Shown: one piece after another, positions 1 through 7,363 of the stretch
How positions within the stretch are numbered: position 1 is the first letter of the stretch
Layout: each line of letters opens with the position of its first letter
Origin: Promethearchaeia archaeon
Lineage (GTDB): Archaea; Asgardarchaeota; Lokiarchaeia; Sigyniarchaeales; SOKP01
Direction of reading: 5' to 3'
DNA: 20,847 nt
Assembly: GCA_029856155.1 (NCBI GenBank)
Contig: JAHQWL010000077.1
Coordinates: 1-20,847, forward strand
Notes under the pieces: model-generated
Database searches by the model: none
Seen by the model: the letters and a program-made list of their open reading frames with translations, nothing else
Told to the model about the DNA's origin: nothing
Made by a program: the position numbers and the translations under genes

Positions 1-10
1 AATTATAGGT

Positions 11-1675
11 TTGAATTCAATAAAACAACTTAGAGAAGAGGGGAAAATAAAGGAAGCCTTACAAATTGTTTTAGAATTAGAACAAGGAGACAATCTTTCT
101 CTTAAAGAATTACTCTTATATAAACTTGTTAAAGCTAATCTATTACGTGAGTTAGGAAACTTCTTAGACGCAATTGAAATTGCTAAGGAAATTTTTCAAG
201 AATTTCAGAAACTAGGAGATTTAGTATCATCATTTGATGCATTACTCATTCAAGCTTATTCCTATATGATAACGGTCAATATAACTCAATGTGAAGATAT
301 AATTCCGCAAGCAGAAAATTTACTTAAAATAATTAAAGAAACATCTTCAATAGATCTAAGAGAAAGAGAATCTTTTTTCATAAGGATAAAAGCTAGCATT
401 TACTTTTTTAAGGGAGAAATTCAACAATCTTTAGAACTTAATAAAAGGGCTTATAAACTAGCCAAAGACACAGGCAATAAAGGATTGATTTCTACGAGTC
501 TTAATAATATTGCTGACAAATTTTATCATATGAAAGATTATGATAAAGCAATAAAATATGCAAAAGAAGCCTTTAAGGTTAAAAATAACCGATACTTGGC
601 AGTTGTGTTAGGTACCTTAATTGAAATTAATGTTAGTAAGGGAGATATTAAAGAAGCAAAAGTTTATCTAGATCAATTGCGTGAACACTCCGAAAAATTT
701 GATATTAAACCGCAAAAAATTTATTATCGTCATTCAGAGGCTTTGATATTAAAATCAAGTCTACGAGCAAGAGATCGTATTAAAGCGGAAGATATATTTA
801 AAGAGTTAGCTATGGACAATACAATACTTAGTGATATACGGATTCAGGCAATAATAGGCTTATGTGATTTATATCTCACTGAACTTCGGATAACTAATGA
901 TCTTGACATAATAAACGAGATACACCCACATATTCAAGAGTTGTTAAGTATTGCTGAAAAGCAACATTTATATTTATATTTAGCCGAAACTCACCTTCTG
1001 CAAGCAAAACTTTCATTATTAACTTTAGATTTAAAGGAAGCTAAACGATTTTTAGCTCAAGCTCAAAAAATAGCAGAATTATATGGTATAAAACGATTGG
1101 CAATGAGAATTTCATACGAGTATGATAAATTACTCAGACAAACCAAAATGTGGGAGAATTTGAAAGTTTCTGAAATGCCTTTATCTGAACGTTTGGAGCT
1201 TACTGGTTTGAACGAGCAAATGGAAAATATGGTAAAAAGAGGAATGATCGAAGTTCCAGAAATATCAAAAGAAGAGCCTGTTATGCTATTGATCTTAACG
1301 GAGGGTGGTACTCTTTTATTCTCTAAAAAATTTATGGAAGACTTTTCTTTTGAAGATGATATATTAGGGGGTTTTTTAACTTCGATAAATTATTTTATTA
1401 GTGAGGTATTTTCTGAAGGGCTTGATAGGGCAGTTTTTGGCCAGTATACGCTACTTATGATGCCAATTCAACCATTTTTAGCATGTTATATCTTTAAAGG
1501 AGACTCGTACTTTGCTCACCATAAGATTAAAAATTTTCTCGATTCCATACAGAAGGACACTTTTATTTGGAAATATTTGGAAGAAATTTTCCAAAAGAGT
1601 AAATCAGTTCAATTAAACGATATTCCATCACTTAAATCGCTAGTAACAGAGATTTTTGTTGAGAAAAAAAATTAG
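11..1675 (+). CDS. TPR-repeat protein with C-terminal longin-like domain (paralog 1; probably 5'-truncated by the window edge)
   Basis: TPR-like helices (e.g. SLNNIADKFYHMKDYDKAIKYAKEAF). C-terminal ~130 aa (from nt 1271) show a longin-type pattern: PVMLLILTEGGTLLFSKKF...DDILGGFLTSINYF. The frame is open from nt 2, and IIGLNSIKQLREEGKIKEAL aligns to LNQLTRAEELFNEGELEKAL of paralog 2, so the true start probably lies ~5 codons before the window. Confidence 0.85.
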   Translation: MNSIKQLREEGKIKEALQIVLELEQGDNLSLKELLLYKLVKANLLRELGNFLDAIEIAKEIFQEFQKLGDLVSSFDALLIQAYSYMITVNITQCEDIIPQAENLLKIIKETSSIDLRERESFFIRIKASIYFFKGEIQQSLELNKRAYKLAKDTGNKGLISTSLNNIADKFYHMKDYDKAIKYAKEAFKVKNNRYLAVVLGTLIEINVSKGDIKEAKVYLDQLREHSEKFDIKPQKIYYRHSEALILKSSLRARDRIKAEDIFKELAMDNTILSDIRIQAIIGLCDLYLTELRITNDLDIINEIHPHIQELLSIAEKQHLYLYLAETHLLQAKLSLLTLDLKEAKRFLAQAQKIAELYGIKRLAMRISYEYDKLLRQTKMWENLKVSEMPLSERLELTGLNEQMENMVKRGMIEVPEISKEEPVMLLILTEGGTLLFSKKFMEDFSFEDDILGGFLTSINYFISEVFSEGLDRAVFGQYTLLMMPIQPFLACYIFKGDSYFAHHKIKNFLDSIQKDTFIWKYLEEIFQKSKSVQLNDIPSLKSLVTEIFVEKKN

Positions 1676-1755
1676 TGAAAGTTTGTTTGCTATTTTATAC
1701 AGCCTTTCTTGTATTGATTTGGTCCAAAGGTACATTGAATTAGTAAGCACTTTTT

Positions 1756-1824
1756 TTACATTATATTTAAAACACCACTTAACTTATTATATTCATAGGT
1801 TTATAATCCAATTATCACAAATTT
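1756..1824 (+). promoter_or_regulatory. Duplicated upstream/promoter block of TPR-longin paralog 2 (candidate TATA TTTATAAT at 1800-1807)
   Basis: Aligns without gaps to 3816-3884, and both blocks end exactly at the ATG of a paralog. No obvious Shine-Dalgarno site, consistent with a leaderless transcript. Confidence 0.55.
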
Positions 1825-2394
1825 ATGTCTCATCCTGAGCTAAACCAACTAACAAGAGCGGAAGAACTTTTTAATGAAGGTGAGCTTGAAAAGGCTCTTG
1901 AAATATTAAATGATTGGAAACAATTTGAAGGGCTTAATCCTCAACAAAAAAGCTATTACCAATTTATTAAGGGGTTGATTCTGGCATATCAACACAAATT
2001 CGAAGAAGTCATTAGGTGGGGAGAACAAATATTTGAAGAAGGTCAAAAACTTAAGGAAAATCTCCAATCTTTCGATGGGTTATTTTTTATTATTTTTGGA
2101 TTTATAGAAGCCGAAAAAATTGACGAAGCATACAAATTACTTGAAAAAGCTAAAACTTCATTTAAACTTATTTCTAATGAACCTAAGAATGTTTTAATTC
2201 GAAGAAGAGTTCGTTTAGATTTGTTAAAAGCATGGATTAACTTTGAATTGGCTAATATAGATTTAGCAGAAAAGGGTTTAGAACGGATCTTTGATCTATA
2301 TCAAGAACTCCCTAATTCTTTCGAAATTGTTTGGCCTTATTTATTAAAAGGACTAATTGAATTTTATTTAAAAAAAATACGGAAATTTCGTTGA
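1825..2394 (+). CDS. N-terminal fragment of TPR-longin paralog 2
   Basis: Starts MSHPELNQLTRAEELF, near-identical to the start of 3885-5831. Confidence 0.6.
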   Translation: MSHPELNQLTRAEELFNEGELEKALEILNDWKQFEGLNPQQKSYYQFIKGLILAYQHKFEEVIRWGEQIFEEGQKLKENLQSFDGLFFIIFGFIEAEKIDEAYKLLEKAKTSFKLISNEPKNVLIRRRVRLDLLKAWINFELANIDLAEKGLERIFDLYQELPNSFEIVWPYLLKGLIEFYLKKIRKFR

Positions 2395-3773
2395 ACTATT
2401 TCAAGAAAGCATTATCAAACGCTAAGGAAATTAAATTTAACCATTACTGGATTGCTATATGTCACGGTTATTCTGCAGTTGTTTATTGTTCTATTGGAGA
2501 TTTAGATAATTGTTTAAAACATTATATGAAAGCTTTAGAAAAAATGAAAGGGTTTCATAGCTTTTATTTAGATGCAGTTTTCTTGAATAACATCGGATAT
2601 ATATATTGTGAAAAAGGTGAATATGACCGCGCTTTGAAAAATTTGGAGGAGTGTTTATTACTCAGTGAAAAAAAACAATCTATATCAAAAGCAACTCCAC
2701 TTACTAGTTTAATAGAAATTGCCCTTATAAAGGGAGATGTTGAACTTGCGAAAAAACATTTCCATCATTTGGAAAATATATATAACCAAAATAAAGAAGA
2801 ACGTATCGAACTAAATTATATTTACTCTAAAGCTTTAATATTAGAAAGAAGTTCGCGAATCCGAGATAAAGCTAAAGCTGAAAAATTATTTAAACAAGTT
2901 GTTCGAACTAAAACCATATATTTTAATCTAATTATAAGCGCATATATCCATCTTTGTGATTTACTTCTCTCAGAATATCGCATAAGTAATAATGATGAAG
3001 TCCTTGATGAAATCAATCAGAATATTACTCAATTAATAGCTATAGCTGAAAAATCTCATTCATACCTTGTTTTTTGTGAGACCTTCATTTTGCAAACTAA
3101 ATTGGCTTTATTAACTTTTAATATAAAAGTAGCCCGACGACTTTTAACTCAAGCTCAGAAAATAGCGGAATCATATGGCATAAAACGATTGGCGATGAAA
3201 ATCTCAAATGAACATGATAATTTATTAAAAGAATTGCATAACTGGGATTTATTGAATGAATCAAAAGCAAGTCTGGCGGAGCGCATTGAATTAGCCCGAT
3301 TAGATGATCAGATGACAACTATGTTAAAAAAACGGTCATTAGAAGTTCCAGAGATATCAAAAGAAGACCCTGTTATGCTATTAATCTTAACCGAGGGTGG
3401 TAATCTTTTATTCTCTAAAAAGTTTAAGGAGGATTTTTCTTTTGAAGATGATATTTTAGGAGGCTTCCTAACTACTGTAAATTACATAATTAGTGAAGTA
3501 TTTTCTGAAGGTCTTGATAGAGCTGTTTTCGGTCAATACACGCTTCTTATGATGCCCCTTCAACCATTTTTAGTATGTTATATCTTTAAAGGGGCTTCAT
3601 ATTATGCTTACCATAAGATTAAAAACTTTCTTAATTCCATTCAGAATGATAGTTTTATTTTGCAATCTTTACAGAATTTTTTACAAAAGAGTAAATCTAT
3701 TCAAATAAACGATATTCCATCGCTTGAATCCATAATAACAGAGATTTTTATTAAGAGAAATCTGGTCCAATAA
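2391..3773 (+). CDS. C-terminal fragment of TPR-longin paralog 2 (TPRs + longin-like domain)
   Basis: TPR (FLNNIGYIYCEKGEYDRALKNLEECL); longin-like domain from nt 3363, nearly identical to that of paralog 3. Confidence 0.65.
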   Translation: MNYFKKALSNAKEIKFNHYWIAICHGYSAVVYCSIGDLDNCLKHYMKALEKMKGFHSFYLDAVFLNNIGYIYCEKGEYDRALKNLEECLLLSEKKQSISKATPLTSLIEIALIKGDVELAKKHFHHLENIYNQNKEERIELNYIYSKALILERSSRIRDKAKAEKLFKQVVRTKTIYFNLIISAYIHLCDLLLSEYRISNNDEVLDEINQNITQLIAIAEKSHSYLVFCETFILQTKLALLTFNIKVARRLLTQAQKIAESYGIKRLAMKISNEHDNLLKELHNWDLLNESKASLAERIELARLDDQMTTMLKKRSLEVPEISKEDPVMLLILTEGGNLLFSKKFKEDFSFEDDILGGFLTTVNYIISEVFSEGLDRAVFGQYTLLMMPLQPFLVCYIFKGASYYAYHKIKNFLNSIQNDSFILQSLQNFLQKSKSIQINDIPSLESIITEIFIKRNLVQ

Positions 3774-3815
3774 TATATTAAATTAATAAAACGGAAAGTT
3801 AAAATTCGTAATCTA

Positions 3816-3884
3816 TTACACTACATTTAAAACACTAATTAGCTTATTATATTAATAAGTTTATAGTCCAAATCAAATAAGTAC
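3816..3884 (+). promoter_or_regulatory. Duplicated upstream/promoter block of TPR-longin paralog 3 (candidate TATA TTTATAGT at 3860-3867)
   Basis: Gap-free match to 1756-1824 with identical spacing to the ATG. Confidence 0.55.
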
Positions 3885-5831
3885 ATGTCCCATCCAGAGC
3901 TAAATCAACTAACGTTGGCAGAAGAACTTTTTGATACTGGCAAGCTTATTGAAGCTCTTGATATACTAAATGATGAGAGCCATTTTGAGGGGCTTAATCT
4001 TCAGCAAAAAAGCTATTTTCAGTTTCTTGAGGGATTAATTCTCTTTTATCTTAATAAAGGGGAAGATCTCATTAATTTAGGTGACACAATTTATAAAGAA
4101 GGTCAAAAATGTAATGATAATCTCCAATCTTGTGATGGATTAATTTTTATTATTACTGGATTAGTTATATCTGGTAAATTTGAGGAAGCGTTCAATTTTT
4201 TTGAAGAAATTGATTCAGTAATAAATTCTCTCTCAAATGTGTCTAAAGAAATTATAACTCAAAGAAAAGCTCGTTTAAGTGTAGCAAAAGCCTTTATTGG
4301 ATTGCGTGGTAAAGTAGATTTAGTTGAGAGTTCTTTAACGTGGATCTTAGATTCACAAGAAAAATTCGATAAATCATACGAAATCGTCTGGGCTAATCTT
4401 ATAATGGCGAGTTATTTACTTCGAGTAAAATCTAATTTTGATCTTTGTAGGGAGCATATCAAAAAAGCATTATCTCTTGCAAAGGAAATTAAATTTAATC
4501 ACCACTGGATTGCTACTTGTCAAATCTATCTTGGAGTATATTATTGGGCTATTGGCGAAATGGAGAAAAGCTTGAAATATAACCTAAAGGGTTTAGAATT
4601 ATTTAAAAAGATAAAGAGTAATTTTAATATTGTAATTCTATTAAATAATCTGGGGGGTTTATATGGTGACATGGGTAAATATGAACTTGCTGTGGAACAT
4701 TTAGAGGAGAGTATAAATCTTTTAGAACAACTTCCTCAAGGTTTTATTTCTATTGAAGGCGTTATTGTAAGTTTAATTACATTAGCCGTTGAACATGGGG
4801 ATAACGAGCGTGCTCAAAAATATTTTCATCGTTTGGAAGATATTTATAACCAGAAAAAAGGCGATGGAATTGAACTTGATTACAAATTCACTAAAGCCCT
4901 AATTTTAAAAACAAGTTCTCGAATCCGAGATAAAATAAAAGCAGAAGAATTATTCAAAGAAATTGTAAAAACTGAAACTACAGTTTTTGATGCTATTATA
5001 AAAGCTCATATCCATCTTTGTGACATACTTCTAATGGAATATCGTATTGATAATGATAGTGAGATTTTGGCCGAATTAAATTATTACATTGCCAAATTAT
5101 TAACTATCGCGAAGAAACAACATTCATATTTAGTTTTTTGTGAAACCTTCATACTTCAGGCTAAATTGGCTTTATTAAATTTTGATATAAAATCGGCTCG
5201 ATTGTTTTTTACTCAAGCACAGAAGATAGCAGAGTCTTATAGCATGAAACGCTTAGCAATGAAAATATCCTTTGAACATGATGAATTACTCAGACAAACC
5301 AAAATGTGGGAGAATTTGAAAATTTCTGAAGTGTCTTTATCTGAACGTTTGGAGCTTACTGGTTTGAACAAACAAATGGAAAATATGGTAAAAAGAGGGA
5401 TTATCGAAGTTCCAGAGATATCAAAAGAAGACCCTGTTATGCTATTAATCTTAACCGAGGGGGGTAATCTTTTATTCTCTAAAAAGTTTAAGGAGGATTT
5501 TTCTTTTGAAGATGATATTTTAGGAGGCTTCCTAACTACCGTAAATTATATAATTAGTGAAGTATTTTCTGAAGGTCTTGATAGGGCAGTTTTTGGCCAA
5601 TACACTCTTCTTATGATGGCTTTTGAACCATTTTTAATTTGTTATATCTTTAAGGGGCACTCTTATTTTGCCTATCATAAGATTAAAAATTTTCTTGATT
5701 CTGTTAAGAATGATAGTGTTATTTTGCAATCTTTACAGAATTTTTCACAAAAGAGTAAATCTATTCAAATAAACGATATTCCATCGCTGGAATCCATCGT
5801 GACAGAGATTTTTACTAAGAAAAATATTTAG
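3885..5831 (+). CDS. TPR-repeat protein with C-terminal longin-like domain (paralog 3, intact, 648 aa)
   Basis: Canonical TPRs (YLGVYYWAIGEMEKSLKYNLKGLEL; LLNNLGGLYGDMGKYELAVEHLEESINL); longin-like domain from nt 5427. Confidence 0.88.
   Translation: MSHPELNQLTLAEELFDTGKLIEALDILNDESHFEGLNLQQKSYFQFLEGLILFYLNKGEDLINLGDTIYKEGQKCNDNLQSCDGLIFIITGLVISGKFEEAFNFFEEIDSVINSLSNVSKEIITQRKARLSVAKAFIGLRGKVDLVESSLTWILDSQEKFDKSYEIVWANLIMASYLLRVKSNFDLCREHIKKALSLAKEIKFNHHWIATCQIYLGVYYWAIGEMEKSLKYNLKGLELFKKIKSNFNIVILLNNLGGLYGDMGKYELAVEHLEESINLLEQLPQGFISIEGVIVSLITLAVEHGDNERAQKYFHRLEDIYNQKKGDGIELDYKFTKALILKTSSRIRDKIKAEELFKEIVKTETTVFDAIIKAHIHLCDILLMEYRIDNDSEILAELNYYIAKLLTIAKKQHSYLVFCETFILQAKLALLNFDIKSARLFFTQAQKIAESYSMKRLAMKISFEHDELLRQTKMWENLKISEVSLSERLELTGLNKQMENMVKRGIIEVPEISKEDPVMLLILTEGGNLLFSKKFKEDFSFEDDILGGFLTTVNYIISEVFSEGLDRAVFGQYTLLMMAFEPFLICYIFKGHSYFAYHKIKNFLDSVKNDSVILQSLQNFSQKSKSIQINDIPSLESIVTEIFTKKNI
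5284..5584 (+). repeat. Near-identical DNA tracts shared with paralog 1 (1128-1242) and paralog 2 (3342-3520)
   Basis: Manual alignment: 5284-5398 vs 1128-1242 has 5 mismatches in 115 nt; 5406-5584 vs 3342-3520 has 3 mismatches in 179 nt. Confidence 0.85.
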
Positions 5832-5937
5832 TAGAATTGTATTATTAAAACTCTCCAAATCCCTAAAATTTTATATTAAACTAATCCTAATCTTACATTA
5901 GAAAAAAATTATAAATTGACTATAATTCAGAAACCTA

Positions 5938-6480
5938 ATGAAGAATTTTGAGGAATTTCGATTTAAGATAGTTGTTGTTGGAGATGGAGCAGTAGGTAAG
6001 ACCTCCTTAATTAAAAAATTCACGAAGGGTACGTTTGAAAAGGATTATGTAAAAACCATTGGAGCTCAATTTTCAAAATATAACAAGGAATTTAATGGAG
6101 ATATGGTTAGATTATTATTCTGGGATATAGCAGGTCAAGATGATTTCAATTTTCTACATCACCTGTTTTATAAAGAGGCTAAAGCAGCAATAATTGTATA
6201 TAGTCTTGAAGAAAATGAACTTGGTCAAAATAGCTTTACACATATAAAGAATTGGCATGAAGTAGTAGAAAAAAATTGCGGAAATATTCCCATTGTTTTA
6301 TTTGCTAATAAAGTTGATTTAGTGGATGAAAACAGTATAAATATATCAAAAATCCGAAAAGTTGTTAATGAACATAATTTTTTAAATTTTTTTTTTACGT
6401 CAGCAAAAACAGGCCAAGGAGTAGTTGAGGCATTCAATACAATAATTGAGCAATTATATTCAAAATTTAAAACTTTGTAA
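5938..6480 (+). CDS. Rab-like small GTPase (Ras superfamily)
   Basis: G1 GDGAVGKT, G2 KTIG, G3 WDIAGQ, G4 NKVD, G5 TSAK. RabF-like motifs IGAQF, RLLFW and FYKEA. No C-terminal prenylation cysteines. Confidence 0.95.
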   Translation: MKNFEEFRFKIVVVGDGAVGKTSLIKKFTKGTFEKDYVKTIGAQFSKYNKEFNGDMVRLLFWDIAGQDDFNFLHHLFYKEAKAAIIVYSLEENELGQNSFTHIKNWHEVVEKNCGNIPIVLFANKVDLVDENSINISKIRKVVNEHNFLNFFFTSAKTGQGVVEAFNTIIEQLYSKFKTL

Positions 6481-6592
6481 CAATGATTTTAGCCTCATTT
6501 CTTTATTAATAGGAAATAAGAATTCACTCTTTTCCTATAATTGATATAAAAAAAATATTGGTTTTTTTAAATCTATTTTTGAATTATCAATT

Positions 6593-7186
6593 GTGATTAT
6601 CGATCATTGTGATAAGACAATCAGTATAAAAATTGTGTATTTTGGTCCAGCTCTTTCGGGTAAGACTACATCAATAAAGGCTCTATTTTCTGATTTTGGA
6701 AAAGATGAAGAAGTATATAGTATCGAAAGTACTGTAGATAGGACCCTTTTTTTTGATTATGGAACAGTAACCTTTCAAAACCAAGAATGGGCTCTTAAAA
6801 TCCATATTTATACTACCACAGGGCAAGATTTCTATTTTATTACTCGACCTATCACTTTAAGAGCTGTAGACGGAGTGATATTCGTTATTGATTCTCAAGA
6901 AGATGTTTATGAGAGAAATTTGACTTCTTGGCGTGAATTAATCTCTTACTTTAATGAATCAATTGAGGATCTTCCAATAATCATCGCTTTTAACAAACAA
7001 GATTTAGAAGATAAATTTAACTCTATAGATTTCTTGAAAGAAATCGGGTATTATAACTATAAAAATATTGATACCAGATTTACGAGTGCCTTAAAAGGAG
7101 AAGGTGTTTTAGATTGTTTTGAAGATATTTTAAGATTAATATTAAAAAAATATTATAATCACAAACTAGTTTCTGTAATAAATTGA
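6593..7186 (+). CDS. mglA: MglA-family small GTPase
   Basis: KIVYFGPALSGKTT, the MglA signature DRTLFFDY with its intrinsic Arg, TTTGQ in place of DxxGQ (cf. MglA TVPGQ), NKQD, SALKGEGV. GTG start. Confidence 0.88.
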   Translation: MIIDHCDKTISIKIVYFGPALSGKTTSIKALFSDFGKDEEVYSIESTVDRTLFFDYGTVTFQNQEWALKIHIYTTTGQDFYFITRPITLRAVDGVIFVIDSQEDVYERNLTSWRELISYFNESIEDLPIIIAFNKQDLEDKFNSIDFLKEIGYYNYKNIDTRFTSALKGEGVLDCFEDILRLILKKYYNHKLVSVIN

Positions 7187-7363
7187 ATTATCAAAACCTT
7201 AGTAAAAGTATCTTTTTTAATTGTTTTGATTTAACAAATTTAAGTTCTTTTACTTTAAATCAGTGTTATTATTACGGTTAAATTTCAAAAATATTTACTA
7301 ATGTTAAATTAGACATAAATATATAAATGATTTTTTTTTTAACATTTAATGGGTTAAAAATAC

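Larger units (their letters stand above)
1825..3773 (+). pseudogene. TPR-longin paralog 2, split by a -1 frameshift at T-TTA-AAA/A8 (2367-2377); ~649 aa if restored
   Basis: ORF 1825-2394 matches the N-terminus and ORF 2391-3773 the remainder of intact paralog 3885-5831. Adding one A gives WPYLLKGLIEFYLKKNTEISLNYFKKALS, gap-free with WANLIMASYLLRVKSNFDLCREHIKKALS. Could be an assembly error, a pseudogene or recoding. Confidence 0.8.

Noticed and set aside
1656-1838. 60-aa ORF between paralogs 1 and 2
   Set aside because: Overlaps both neighbours, spans the duplicated promoter block, and has no motif.
2822-3318. Two short minus-strand ORFs (2822-3016, 3118-3318)
   Set aside because: Antisense shadows of the TPR-longin gene.
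1128-5584. Near-identical repeats as the template/variable repeats of a diversity-generating retroelement
   Set aside because: Mismatches are not confined to adenines of one copy, all copies are in-frame coding, and no reverse transcriptase is in the window. Gene conversion fits better.
6225-6437. Minus-strand 70-aa ORF
   Set aside because: Antisense to the well-supported Rab-like GTPase.
6387-6754. T10 (6387-6396) and T8 (6747-6754) runs in the two GTPase genes as phase-variation switches
   Set aside because: Both genes are in frame, the runs encode Phe-rich motifs, and such runs are common at this AT content.
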